62,000 bases of DNA from Wallemia ichthyophaga EXF-994 (GCF_000400465.1 NW_008806277.1:180001-242000), one strand, 5' to 3'; positions 12,541 to 26,244 are shown, counted from the stretch's first letter. Made by a program: numbers and translations. Notes: generated from the sequence alone by a model not told the origin.

Positions 12541-14664
12541 TCAACACGCTGGCATCTTTGAAACATCAATCACTGCCAATCCTTCATTCTTTGTTCCAAA
12601 TATTATTCTGTTTCCTTCAGGTGCTTGCCATCTTAGATCATATAAGCCATTGCTAGTTATCCAATCTTTCTGTATTTGACCTGTGATTGATTGCCATAAC
12701 GTTATTCTACCATCTGCTCCTCCCACTGCTAACATACGTCCATCCGGGCTGAAATCCGCAGTGAAAACGTGATTCTTTGAGTGTTTACACTTCCAAATTA
12801 ATTCTCCTGATTCTGCATTCCAAAGTCGTACATGTCCATCCATTCCACCTGATAGCAGTAATGGCTTATCTAAGAAGTTGGATTGTGGTGCCCATATTAG
12901 GCATCCTATTTCACGTTCATGTCCCCGCATAACTCTTATGCAATCTGCATCTGGCTGCGGTCTACGATCGTATGGTTCTTCTTTGCTAAACTTCCACACC
13001 CTGATCGTTGCATCATCAGAACCTGAAGCTAGATACTCTCCCGATGGATCCCATCTGACTTGATTTACTTCACGAGTATGCCCATAAAGTGCTTTTATTG
13101 GTTCCGGATCGCCACATTTGAAAACGTAGATGATTCTGTCACCACCAGCGCTATTCCACGTTAACGACGCTTCAATTTTAAGAAACTCACTCACGTTGCT
13201 AATATATCGTTGTCAAGCCAGTCGGCATCAAGTATCGAACCCATGTGGTATTGCCATTGGTGTTCAATATCAAATGTTTGGATGTCCCATACTATCGTGC
13301 GTTTGTCCAATCCAGCACTGGTATATGATATAAGCTTTTATAGGCCATAAATTTGTCAACTTACGTTAAAGCTCGAGTTCCGTCTTTATTAAACTTGACT
13401 GAGAATACTGGGCCTTTGTGCACGCGTTTTTCCATAAGAATATCACCGTTTCTGGTCCATATCCATACGCTACCGTCGTATGCACCAGTCATAATCATTT
13501 CACCGTCCGACTATATGTTGTTAGAATAAACTCAATTTGAAACCGATAACTCACACTCCATGCAATAGTTGTAATATCACGACCATCACCCTTACGAGGT
13601 GGTCCCTTTAACTGCGAACAGTCGATAACTTCAAGGGTCTTTCCCTTCATCTCTCTTCCAACTGCTGGTAGAGTCCATATTTTGAGAATACCGTCAGCAC
13701 CGCTAAATAAAATTAGATCATGATCTGCAATTAAACGTTACTCACCTGCTTGCAGAGACATTGCTATATTTTGGATTAAAAGCTGTTGCGTAAACCTGGA
13801 CTGATTAGATTGATTGTGGTAATAAAGTGATAAACACACATTGCCCATGTGACCCTCCAACCAAATAGCTTCCGCTTTTGTAAGTTTCTTCATCTGTTCA
13901 CGTGGTGCTTCACCTGGTTTAAATTTAGGCTTTGGTGGGGTAGGAACAGGGCCATTGTTAGATGATCTAACTTTGACCTTGTTAACATCTCTAGCTGTTC
14001 TTCTGTATTTGTCATTAGCTTTTTCGGTATCCATTGATGCAGAAGAATCATCGTCAGCTTCATCGGAAGAGTCAGCATGTTTTCTCTTTGAGTTGGCAAT
14101 TTGAGTAGAAGGGTCAACTATAATTTGAGCGTTTGCAGGTCTATCACTAGCCATAGGAGCAATGAGTGCAGGTGGAGGAGGTTGAGGGATTGAAGCATCT
14201 GCAATTGAAAAGTCTTGAACGTCGACATCCTTGAGAAGCCTGAGAGGTCTTTCATAAGGAACAATGGTGCCATCCTATTGTTTGAAAATAAAGTGAAAAT
14301 TTGCAAGACTATGGTTAGTAACGATAGCGAGAAAGAAAAGGCGAAACTAACGGTACGAACAGATCTTTCAATTTCATCGTATAATAAACCTTTTTGAAGG
14401 TATTTAATAAGTAAACCACGTTCCAAAGGGCCATTAGGTTTAGTGAGGGGTAGACTAGCTTCGGTATTGAGGGTGAAAGCTGTGTGATTAAAGCCTTAAA
14501 GCCTGTTAAATAATAAATATTTAAAAGAACTAAAATTTACCAGAATCCTGCAAGTAAGATAATATTAAAAGGTTCATCTCTTGTGAGGAAATTGCAGGTG
14601 CTCTAAGTGAATCCTTTTGATTTGAGTAGGTGGGTGGTAGATCACCATTGAAATTAGAATCCAT
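12541..14664 (-). CDS. SIF2: LisH + WD40 protein, TBL1/Sif2 family
   Basis: N-terminal EMNLLILSYLQDSGFNHTAFTL and LIKYLQKGL (LisH); several GH...WD repeats (GHTREVNQVRWDPSGEYLASGSDD). Confidence 0.82.
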
Positions 14665-15144
14665 TCTTATATTTTATCGATTTTTGTATTTTATTTTAAA
14701 CTTAAATTGATCAAGTTGATGATGATGATGTATAAGAATCTCTCCCGGTGAATCTATGCTAAAATTTTCACTTAGTTTCTTTAGTTCAAATTACTAAAAA
14801 ATATACAATATTCTAAACGCCATAGCTCATCTTTGACCCTTGCATATTACCAAAAAAAAAACTTCATAAATTATCAATCACTTAAACGCGTTGATAAAGG
14901 TGTAGATATGATAAATTAATGTAATTCTTACCAATGATGAATTTATCTTACGCAAATTTACAACATTGAGGGTCAGACATATATCGGCATGTACGACAGT
15001 TACGTGCGAGTATTTGTTTATCTAGCAAAATACCAAGCAGGTCTATAAAATTCTAAGGAAAAATGTTTATTGTGTTTAAATTTTGTAAACCAATCTAAAT
15101 ACTGGTTTTAGCATGTTAAATATCACCATCATATTTATACCCAA

Positions 15145-17017
15145 ATGGAAAGGCGTACAAGGCTGCAGAATTCTAATACTATCAACTTAAACGCGGAGGA
15201 CGTCGAAGCTGTAATATCTCATGGCACACACGAGCAGATTACGGCTTGTCTGCGTGTACTCCTTGAGAATAGAGATACCGTGAGCTATACTTTGATTTAC
15301 TGCAAAATCTAACAACCAATCACAGACTATCACTGATAACAAAGACTTGAATGATCAATTATCAGATTATCAATACCAACTCGATACCAGTACCCAAGCT
15401 TTTGTTCAGTCTCAATCACAGCTGAATGATGCTCTCGCCGATCAAGCTGCTATCGAAGAAGATGCGCTTTCTAGACAAGTTCAACTAGAACTTTTATCTT
15501 CAAAAGTTGAAGCTTTTCAGCGTAAAGAGAATGAACTGCACAGGTCTCATCAGATTCAACTTGATAAGTTCGATAACGATAGAAAGTCTTGGTTTGAATT
15601 GGAGTCTGGCCTTCGAGGTAAAGTTACTTCCCTCAGTGCTAAAATTCTGGCTGCAAATAGAAGCGCCAAATATGATGCTACTCCCCCAACTTCCCCTTCT
15701 AGTCCTAATTCTTCCAATTCCGCTCCTATTATCAAGTCTATGAGTATTGAGAGTGCTTCAGAGAGGTCTGCTAGAGAGGCTACTCTAGAAAAGCTTCAAC
15801 ACTCACTCGACATGGAGAAGCAAAGAAGATCTATCATTGAACGCAGCGAGCATTCCCTAAAGTTTGAGCTAGATCAATCAAAGCGCTCCGTTGAAGAACT
15901 AAGATCTGAGAACTCTAGTTACATGTTGCTTTTACAAGAGCGTACATTCTCCGGTGACCTCCTCGGCTCAAGTGTGTTCGACACGATGCGTGACTTTGAC
16001 GATACCGGTATTGCTGTCATAGCTGAAGAGCCAGAGAATGACTCTATTGATCACAGTGATGATGAAAATAGTGAGCAATTCACTCCGAATCGCAGAAGAG
16101 CCCGTAGACGCGGTCCTGTTGATTCACGCAGGAAGCCCCAGCCAAGCCAGTCACCTAAGCCACTCAGTGAAGAGAATGGTGGTAACATTGGTGTGAGTGA
16201 GATCTATTCTTTGTCAATTGTGCTGACTAATGCAGGTCACCGGCCCCGGATATGATCTCGCTGCGGAATTGGGTAGGGCCAAGCTCGATACAAGCGACAG
16301 AGAGGAAACTTTAGATTGTGAGTGTGTCATGCTGGAAAGGTCTCATCTAACACCCCTAAAGCCCTTAAGAATGACAATAAAACACTCAAAGAAGCGAACA
16401 AGGCGCTGACGACATATGTCTCAAAAATTATCGAAAAGATTATCAATCAAGAAGGTTTTGAACATATTCTTGCAAGTGACTACCGCGATCCTGAGCAACG
16501 TGAAAGTATCAGATTGAAGCGTTCTCAAACCATGTCATCTAGTGCGGGGAGATCTAGCTTAGGTGGAGTTTCGGATACATTACTCAACTCACGCAAGAAA
16601 ACTACGGATAGCAACACTTCGACTGTTCGTACTAGAACTCATCATAGGGGAAGTAATGATAAGCGGAAAAGTTTGTCCATAGATTGGTCAAACATAGGAG
16701 GATTCTTCAAAGGAAATCCAAATCCAAATGAAAGCACAGCGCAGAAGCTGCCAAAGCAGGAAGAAGATGAAGATGACCGTAAAGAAAGGGACAAAGTGCG
16801 AGCAACGATGAAAAAGATATCATCAGAATCATTAAAGACTGATGGTCAGTTCACAAGATTTGATAACGAAGGAAGGGCAGATGTAAGAACAAGATCAGGC
16901 TCCGTTGGTACTGGAGCATTAGCAAACTGGCGTAAGAAGAGAGCTGAACGTGCCGAACTTGTTTCAAAGAGTTCTGGTAGCGCTTTAACAGACATGACTA
17001 ACGGCAGCGCACAGTGA
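15145..17017 (+). CDS. Conserved fungal coiled-coil protein with a RBD11/FIP-like C-terminal motif
   Basis: Long heptad ORFs 15347..16255 and 16322..17017; motif LKEANKALTTYVSKIIEKIINQEGFEHIL; spliced start MERRTRLQ at 15145. Confidence 0.6.
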
Positions 17018-17097
17018 GGATGAGATCACAATAAAAAGATAATTTGTATACCCATTGGATTCATTTAAATATAAACCTATCTTTATCAAGTACGGTG

Positions 17098-19214
17098 ATG
17101 TTGCGATCGACGTCGAGGCTGCTCAATGCCACACAAGGCGTATCTGGGAGGTATATTTGCACAAGTAGAATAGTAACTCAATTAAATCAGGATGAGGAGT
17201 TACAGAAGCTTTATCGGGACATTGAGCTCCATAATAATACATCCACAGATCTTTCCAATGTTATACATCCTGGGCTTTGGGAGAGTGAAGAAAGGATCGA
17301 GACTAACTCACCTGCTTACAAGTTTGGCAAGTACGGCGCTGGTCAGGTAGTCATCCCAGATTCAGTTGATAGCACCATGTCCGAAAGACTGGCGAATACT
17401 AATAAGGCTGAGCTAAGGCAGCAAACAAGGAGTATTTACAAGCTACTTGAAGTAAACAAGAACCTGTCTCCAAAGCAAATCCCAAGATTTATCGCATATA
17501 CACGTCCTGATCAGCCATTAGCATATGCATTGGCTATCGGACCTGGTGTTTATGCGGCTGTTTATAGCGTAATGAGGGAGATTCGAAGAAGAGCATCCAG
17601 TGAAATAGATGGTTGGCTTCCTCACAGGGTAATCGAGTTGGGTTCAGGTGCTGGAATATCTGCTTGGTGAGTCCATCTCATCCAATGAGATACAATCGAT
17701 TTATAAAGGCATACAGGGCAACTATGGATGCCTTCAAGTATGGCGGTAACTCTCACTCGATAGCGGCAGAAGATTTCCAAGATAATGATGAGACTGCAGT
17801 TGTGAATGGTAGTAACGCAGACGAACCTGAGCTTCATCCAGTGCAACAGTATGATGCATTTGACCCTAGCGAGATGATGAACGATTTCAATAGGCAGCTA
17901 TGGAAAGACGCTCAACGGAAGGCTCAGCTGAATGTCACAAGAAAGTTCATCTCATCTAGATTCAAATCAGAGGATCCAGTGGAGGTGAGTTGTTAGTATG
18001 CTGCATCGCAATCTACTAAATTAAGGCAGTCATCGAAAACCCTCGCCCTATCAACTTTCACGCTCTCAGAATTGGGTAATCCTGCAGACAGACGGGAGGT
18101 AATACACAGAATGTGGAAGTCAAATGCAGACATGATGGTAATAATAGATAGGGGAACGCGCGGAGGATATGAGCGTGTAATGGAAGCTCGCCAACAGCTA
18201 TTAGATCTCGGAGGCACATCTGAAACTTCAAGTCACGTATTGGCGCCATGTCCACACGATGGCAATTGCCCATTGCTCAATACCAAGGACTTCTGTCACT
18301 TCAGTCAACGCTTACAAAGACCTGCTTATCAGCGTTATATCAAGAAGGCCAAGTTGGGTACAGAAGACCAAAAGTACTCGTATGTTGTGGTTAGACGAGG
18401 TCAGAGACCATCGTCAGAGAGCAGTAAAGCACTTAATCAATTGTCAAAGTACAGTCCAAGCGAGTTGATAAAGTTGCAGAAACTGGAAGCACGCAAGAAT
18501 CTTGAAGTTGTTGGTGAGATTGAGAATGTTAATGAGATGATGATGTCGACAGCGGAATCTACACCAAATCCAGAATTGTTGGACAGCTCGTCAACACCAA
18601 TAGTAGAAACAGCATCAAATGCTCAAATAGATACAGATGTTGCTCTGCAAGAAGACCTCACAAACAATCCTACATATGATAACAGAGATCTGCTATTAAA
18701 GGATAGTTTCAACTGGTCTAGAGTAATTTATCAGCCAATGAAACGTAAAGGACACGTGATATTCGACACATGCTCTCAAAGAGAACGTATAGAAAGATTC
18801 GTCATAACTAAGCGAGACGGCGATAGTGCTTATAGAGATTCTCGCAAAGCAAAATGGGGTGACTTATTTCCACACGATCCATCAGGCACTGTTCAAGTCA
18901 AGAATGGTGGCATAAAGCGTACAATGCCAACACTACCTGAAGGAGTAATTGATGAAAATCAACTGAAACCAGAACATAAAGATGCTGCATATACTGATGA
19001 TAATGGCAAAGTTGTTATAGATTCGTATGATCATGATCATGCTCACAATGAACGCACTCATAAGCGTAGAGTTAGAGGTATAGGATCAGCTAGGAAGTTG
19101 CGTAAAGGAAAGGGTGCACGTATGGCTGATTTGATGGAGAAGAAGATGGTGGATGAGCGATTGGAGGGTATAGCGAGAGACGCTACTGATGAGATTATGA
19201 GGAATCGTTACTGA
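17098..19214 (+). CDS. RSM22: Mitochondrial small-subunit protein Rsm22 / METTL17-like methyltransferase fold
   Basis: Mitochondrial-type presequence; VIELGSGAG; HVLAPCPHDGNCPL..CHFSQRLQRP; YRDSRKAKWGDLFP. Confidence 0.9.
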
Positions 19215-19427
19215 TGGGTCTGAATTTCATACCAGTGTTTTTATAGCATTGCATTATTGTCTAATAATCACGCATTTACTCGAACTCAATGCGTATATAG
19301 TCGATTTACAAGATTATGAGAAATATGAATGATAATGCAACATAAGAATTAGTCGAAAATGATGGTAGAGTTCCAAGATGATAGGAAAAGTGAAAGGTTT
19401 TGTCTATAAATAAGATAAGAAGTAAAA

Positions 19428-21625
19428 TTATTCTTGTTTAATACCCAAGCCAATAAGTTCTTCCTTTGAATCAACGTTCTTCAAAGGTGGAAGAACGTTA
19501 TGAGATTCAGAGTTACTCTCATCGTATTCCTTGTTCTGACGCGGACCAGCTTCACCGCCACATAAGTCAAGAATAGACTGTCTCCTTGAAGCATTGGTAT
19601 CTGGTCTTTCTTCATACTCTTCATAATCTTCATCTTCCTCTTCAACTTCTTCACCGTCAGCTCTAGTGATTGCATCGAATTTGAAAACATTTGAAGCTTG
19701 CTGTGATTGATTAAATTGATTTTGATTCATAATCGATGATGATTCGTTGTTCGCAGAAGATAACGGTCTCAAAGCTTCAGAAGAAGACACTGGTCTTGAC
19801 GAACCGAATGGTACGTGAATACCAGCCGAAGAAGGTGGTGGTAGATATGGAACGCTATCATTGAAACCTACATTACTCTTCCTTGATGATCTAGGTCTGA
19901 TTGAATATTCATCCCATGTTGTACCACCATTATTGTTACTTTGTTGAGCAGGCTCAGATTGGTTTGGTTGATTATCTGATGGTGGTTGATAACCAAACAT
20001 TCCATTGGATTGGAAGCTATTCTTGCGGAAGGGTAGTGGTTGAAGGTTTGAAGGAATTTGATAAGTTGGATCAAAGTAGCTAGTTGCAGTAAAGTACTCA
20101 GAAGTAGATGGCCTATGACCTTGGCTGGAATGTGGCTTATAGGTTGTAGTTTGAGTTGGAGATGGTAACAGGGGAGCCTGATAGATTTCTTGCTGCTGTT
20201 GTTGTTGTTGCTGTTGCATTTGATGATGATGTTGCAGTTGATGTTGACGCTGCAATTGCTGTTGATGATGCATTTGTTGATGCTGGTGCTGTTCAACAAC
20301 TGAAGCTATTGAAGGAAGCCTTCCTGCTTCTTGTGTACTTTGAATACTTTCAGGGGTATCTCTAACTAAAGGAATCGGGGTAGAAGTTGGCGTTGGTCTC
20401 AAAGCATGAGGAATAGCAGGAGTTTGATTATGCGGTGACCATTCTTCTAAAACAGGCGGAGCAGCGGAAGAAGCTGAAGTTGAAGAATTTGAAGGATGAG
20501 CATCCATTATTGGAGCTGAAGATGAAGCATAAGCTGTGTGTGGATGTGATTTTGTAGGCATTGAAGCTGAATGCAACATTGGATGAGACTGATGAGGTTG
20601 TTGAATTGAGGCAGCAGGAGAAGGAATTAGCGGTTGAGCACTTTGAGGTTGATACATATTAGATGACCAATTGAAACCGTTCCCTTGTAGAACTATATGT
20701 TGATTTGGGAAAGTTGGACGGTGTTGAATGTGATCAGTTGGTGGAGTGTGTGTCATATGAGCTTGTGGTAGAGGAGGTTGAGCAGAGGTAGTTGGTATAG
20801 GAGAGCTACTTGGCGTTGAAGACATCGTTGCTAGTTTCTTAGTTGTTTGACGCTTTCTACCTCTTTGAGATTCAGTTGGAACGGCGGAGCCATCACGACG
20901 ATCAACGACTTGAGCATCAGCAACTTGCTTTTCTGAAGCGTTTGCAGCAAGTTGGGAATGTAAGTTAGACATTCCCTTTAATAAGCTATCATTCATTTCT
21001 GGTTGATCAGCGTGTACCTGTGCCTTGAATCAGGATACGTAACTGTAAAGAGAAAGTGTGTACCTACAGTGCCTGCGTGTTGTCGAAGGTTATCTAATCT
21101 AGAAAATGCTTTACCGCAATGGCATTTCTAAAAAATTTAGTTAGTAATTCGACTTCCTTTTTTTTTTAAAAAAAAAAGAAATATAGAACGTACGAATGGG
21201 CGTTCACCCGTGTGCTTTCTAACGTGTCTAGCCAAGTGTTCAGAGCGAGTGAATTGCATACTGCAGTTACCATAACCAGTACATTGGAATAATTTTGAAG
21301 GCTGGCTGCGAGGTTTGCGCTGTGGACCCACGTGATTTGTATCAGCTTTTCGTCTGCGACCTTGAGCCTTTGGAGGGGAAGGATCTTGAAGGGGTTCTTG
21401 GATAGAAAGTGGAGGTTGTGAGGGTTGTTGTAATGGTGGTGTTTGGTGGTTAATGAGTTGTTGGGTTTGTTGGGGTTGTGGAGGTTGTGGAGGTTGTTGT
21501 GCACGTTGAGCTTGTTGCTGTTGTTGCTGTTGTTGAGCTTCAAATTGCTGCGGGTTATAATAGAAAGGATGCTGCTGATTATCTACGTAGTATCCCCTAG
21601 GATAATACTGGAACTGATGATTCAT
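19428..21625 (-). CDS. USV1: C2H2 zinc-finger transcription factor, Usv1/Nsf1/Rgm1 type, with polyQ tracts
   Basis: [54 protein letters not shown] after splicing two introns. Confidence 0.85.
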
Positions 21626-22041
21626 TGTACTTTGTTTAATGAAATTCCTTTATAGAAGCTAAAGCTTTTAAATTTCAAGTCAAATTCAATAATTTACTGC
21701 TAAATAAGCAAATACAGGTTGTGCCTGCCTTTATTGCTTATGGTTGAACAGAAAGAATGGCTGACCTGAGTTAGTTACCCAAGGTACATAAAAAATGATT
21801 AGAAATTTATTGTTATGTGTTAGTATTTATGAAGAGTAGGTGTCGCTTCTTATTCATATCTATTCTTAAAAACTTTATTCTTCATTCGTCCAACTCTCAG
21901 CCAATCAGCTCAATTGTTCAGGACACAAGGGCGATTCAAAGTTAGCCACTCTTGAGTACATATTTAATCATATCCACCTGTGATAATACAATTTATTAAT
22001 TCAATAAGCATAAAACTCATTTTAGCTTATGGTCGAACGAA

Positions 22042-22968
22042 TTATAACTTCAAGTCATTGAGAATGTTGATCAAATCATTATTACCACCTAGCTTAATAA
22101 TCTCATCAATTGCTTGCTGATGAAGGTGGTTTATAACAGATAAAGTAAAATCAGCAGATTTAGTTTTGGTATTGAGGTAGTTGATAAGGTATAGCTTTAA
22201 ATCATCATCTTTAGTGCGTTGTTTGAGTATATTTATAATTTGATTAGATTTATTATCTGTTAGAATTCCATGTATTATGGGATAACTGAACTTTCCTTCA
22301 GATATATCTTCAGCGAATCCTTTGTTCTTGGTGTAAGATGATTCGAATAGGTTGCAATAATCATCACGTATTTGAAACAGAACACCAATAATGTTAATCA
22401 AAGGGATTAGATTGAGATTTGATGGAGATTTTGATAACATCAATCTCACTGCGAGTCTTAGTAAACCACCAGTTTTATTATTAACCATTTCCAAGTATTC
22501 CTTTGTAGATGGGCAAATGTGATTATCTCTAAAGTATAGATCCATACCTTGACCTCTGTGTAAATTGATAAGTTCTTGATTAACGATATTGATCAGATTG
22601 AAATCTTCAAGGGAGTGTAAATCGGAGAGTGCTTGGAAGTAGATGTAGTTTGCGGTATTAATTGTGGAAGGTATGCCATATATTCTATGAGCAACAGGTA
22701 AACCTCTCCTCTTATCGGAGTCATCTTCAATGTCATCAATCAATAGACTAGCGTTGTGAAGCTTATCAATGACATTTGTGATAATTGAAAGATGAGTCTT
22801 ATCCAAATTTAACCAAATATTGAAAGCATCTATCAATTTCAATCTAAATTGTTTGCCTTGATTGCTATTTAAATAAACAAAAGGCTCTAAAAGCTTATTC
22901 TCATTATGTCTACTCCAATTAAAGTCTAAATTTTTATTCAAATTATCAAATTCGTGCAAATTGACCAT
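22042..22968 (-). CDS. BTS1: Geranylgeranyl diphosphate synthase (intronless)
   Basis: GKQFR, LHNASLLIDDIED (FARM), LHRGQGMD, FQIRDDY (SARM), AEDISEGKFS. An upstream in-frame ATG also exists at 23025. Confidence 0.93.
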   Translation of the reverse strand: MVNLHEFDNLNKNLDFNWSRHNENKLLEPFVYLNSNQGKQFRLKLIDAFNIWLNLDKTHLSIITNVIDKLHNASLLIDDIEDDSDKRRGLPVAHRIYGIPSTINTANYIYFQALSDLHSLEDFNLINIVNQELINLHRGQGMDLYFRDNHICPSTKEYLEMVNNKTGGLLRLAVRLMLSKSPSNLNLIPLINIIGVLFQIRDDYCNLFESSYTKNKGFAEDISEGKFSYPIIHGILTDNKSNQIINILKQRTKDDDLKLYLINYLNTKTKSADFTLSVINHLHQQAIDEIIKLGGNNDLINILNDLKL

Positions 22969-22987
22969 AACCTTGGTTGTAAATACA

Positions 22988-23339
22988 ATGAGTGGATTGA
23001 GATTGTTAATAGAAAAGAGATCCACAATATTTAATCAAAATTTAAACCCTTTGAATATTAGGAATGGCTTCAAGTACCTCAATAAAAGATTGATTGGTCC
23101 AAAGGCCTTGGAGTATTACCCACCTGCGATTGATATTAGATTATTCAAGCAACTCAACAATCTTCCTTCTACTTTCGTTACAAATAAAGAGAAGCAGAGA
23201 TTGTTAGACGTTGATGCAAGGAAGAGAAGGGGTAAATCTCCACCAAAGAAGGGTGAGTGGGCTATTATCTAGCGTAACCATGTCTAACAGTAATTGCACT
23301 ACAGGACAAGGCAGAAGATCAAGTATGAAGAAGAAGTAA
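22988..23339 (+). CDS. RSM27: Mitochondrial ribosomal protein mS33 (Rsm27)
   Basis: IFNQNLNPLNIRNGFKYLNKRLIGP...YYP...RKRRGKSPPKKG-QGRR; one intron near the 3' end. Confidence 0.88.
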
Positions 23340-23370
23340 TTATAACATTAAATTAATATCTTATCTTAGC

Positions 23371-23743
23371 TTAGTATTTCAAAATGATGTAAAGCGCGTG
23401 AATGATCTGATATAGGTGTGAGCGCGGGAGAGCGAATTCAAAGGAATAAAAAAGCCGCTTACACCAGGAATGTATCCCAAAATGGTCAATAAGATGTTGA
23501 TCCAGAAATCTGCGGCACATCCACGTTCTAAGAACACACCAATTGGTGGTATAAAGATTGCGAAAATAATTCTATAATGTGTGAAATTTGGTAGTCATAG
23601 TGGCTCATAACTCACTTAATGATATCCTGCGTATAGGTCAGCGATCGTCAGCGTAAGAATACTCCCCCACTCACTCTTTAAAATTCATTAGGCTGTGTAC
23701 TCTAACCAACGCTATTGAAAACTTACGAGCAAGTAAAAGGCAT
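23371..23743 (-). CDS. PMP3: Plasma membrane proteolipid 3 (57 aa), five exons including a 1-nt exon
   Basis: Spliced product MPFTCSDIIKIIFAIFIPPIGVFLERGCAADFWINILLTILGYIPGIIHALYIILKY is a canonical PMP3. Not in the ORF track. Confidence 0.92.
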
Positions 23744-23900
23744 TCTATAGCCTTAATTAGAAAATAAGCCGTATAAGCCCCTTTGAAACTTACTCTTATT
23801 TATAAAAGCTGATCAACGTAGCACTATAAGCCAAGGCCGCCCGAACTAATTCAAATTCCAACAACTCCATTTAAACGTCATCTACAATTAAAAATAGAAT

Positions 23901-25267
23901 TTAAAGCTTATCATCTCCGAATAGTAAGCTAATAGACTCTCCATTATGTTGTCTCCTGATTGCCTCTCCAATCGTCGCGCTAACATCCATCACGTCAAGT
24001 TTTTCACCCAATTTCTCTTTATTCTCCACTTGGGGAATTGTGTTTGTCACTGCGATCTTTTTTATTGGTAGACTTGGAATTATTTCCATCGCTGATTCTG
24101 ACATTAATCCTATAAATATCATTTCCTCAGCTTGGCATTAGCTACGCATAACGTTCTTCTCACCATGTGATACTATAGCGTACACCGCAGTAGCACCCTT
24201 CTTGGCTAACTCAGTTGAAGCCAACTTCATCGTTTGGGCTGAGACTACCATATCATCAACCAACAGAGCCACCTTGCCTTGTACGTTTCCAACGACTACG
24301 TCCATATGGTCCTCCTCTTTGTCATCGCCATTACGGACTCTTGATCTATGAATCAATCCAAAGTTGACATTCAATCTGTCTGCTAACGCTGTGGCTCTGT
24401 ATTTAAATTGATATTGAGATTCCAATCCCAAAACACCAAACACACCTCTTAGCACCACCTGCATCAGGTGAAAACACCACTGCATTCTCCCAATCTGGAA
24501 CGGATGTCTTGATGTAGTTGATCATAATTGGTTCAGTGTACCTGTACGTGTATCAACTTGAACCCCACATCACAGCTATTATCACTAACAAGTTGTCAAC
24601 TGGGATATCAAAGAATCCCTGAGCAATATTAGCCAATTGAATGATAGAAGTCTTTACCCACTTGAATTTGTGATGCGTGGAGATCCAAAGTGATGACGTG
24701 ATCACATCCAGCAGTGGTGAGCATGTTAGCGACCAATTTAGCAGTCTGATTTGTTAGAAATGTGAATGCCGTAACAATTCACTCACTATTGGTGCTCTTG
24801 ATTTATCCTTTCTGTCTTGTCTAGCGTATGGATAATTTGGGATAACTGCCGTAATACGTCTAGCGGAGGCAGTTTTACAGGCTGAGATGGGAGATCAGGG
24901 CTAGCTGATGGCCTCAATGTCAACCTACCATTTGCCAATATAAGCAACTCCATTAAGCTATCGTTTATATCCCCACATCCAGATTGTATGATGAAAACGT
25001 CTTCCTCTCTAACACTCTCACCGATTCTCACGTTAATCTCTTGATTTGAGAATTTATTTACAACGCAAGGCGATAAATTCAATCCAAGTCTGCGGCTATC
25101 AGATTTTACGCTGATTGCTATTAGCTCATAGCCCACCTCTCAGAGACTTCTTTAGCCAATTCTGGGTGACTGTTGCCTGTAAATTCATCTTCTTAGATTT
25201 CTCACGCTCTATTTTCCTCTACCAGATTAATCTCACCAGTTAATATCTTGATTGTATCAGGCCTCAT
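23901..25267 (-). CDS. PRS: Ribose-phosphate pyrophosphokinase (PRS family)
   Basis: [76 protein letters not shown]. Confidence 0.93.
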
Positions 25268-25383
25268 TGCTTAAGATAGTGGTCGTTGTGATCAAGCGGA
25301 TGACACAGACCAAAGTAGAATACTTAGAAATTAAATTTATAAATTAAGTTATAACAATTCCTCTGCTAATTATTACTTTCTTC

Positions 25384-26244
25384 TTATTTTTTAAGCTTCT
25401 TTTTTTTCTTGTCTTCCTTAACCGGCGATTCATCGATTGACTTACGCTTTCTGTCTTTCGTGTTTTTCTTGTCTGACTTGTCCTTCTTTTCCTTCTTATC
25501 CTTATTTGGTGATGCTTGCTCGTTTACTGTGCCATCTATTCCACCGGTATCAAAACCTGGTGGTCTGAATCTCCACTTGAGCTTATCGGTTGGCTGTTCA
25601 CGCTTAATTGCACCATCTGAAGATGTGTGTTTCTCAAATTTGGGCGCTTTAAGCATTGGTATGTTGTCAGACAATTGTAATCTATGGTGGATTGGCTTAT
25701 CCACTAATTCATGTCATTATAACAGACACTATGAGCAGACAAGACACTCACCAGTAACCAGTTGACCTTGTTTATTTGGTAGCAACAACTTGAATTGATC
25801 CATTTCATCATTTATCGATGCAGATTCAAATTTGTTCCTTGATTCTTTTGAGTTTGAAGTTAACTGTGAGTGTATACTCATCTCACTGCCTTTGACATCG
25901 ATTGTACCTAATTTATTGTCTTTACTATCGAAATCCAGTTTCATTCCTTTCAAATGCTTTGTCTTTATCTATTCCTGCGTGAGTCTTAACACGGAATAGC
26001 GATAAAACGCACATTCTCTGGTACTCTTAAGCATACGATTTCATAATCATCATCTTTAGCCAGCTTTAACCAATCAACGCTGCTAGATTGATCGACTCCT
26101 TTCAATTTGAAGCCTTTTGGTGGTTTGTATCTACTTGCATTAGAATACAATGACTGTTTGTCGAAATATAACTAACTCATTTAATTGCCTGCTCGTTTCC
26201 TCCTCTCCGACACTCTCACTTGGGCTTCTCTCTGGAGAAGACAT
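25384..26244 (-). CDS. RPA34: RNA polymerase I subunit Rpa34 (A34.5)-like protein
   Basis: YKPPKGF near the N-terminus, IVCLRVP, QPTDKLKWRFRPPG, and a lysine-rich C-terminal tail. Confidence 0.65.

Noticed and set aside
19868-21655. Alternative-frame ORFs over the CAA/CAG tracts of USV1, and other antisense ORFs overlapping real genes
   Set aside because: By-products of low-complexity polyQ codons or codon bias in the true genes.
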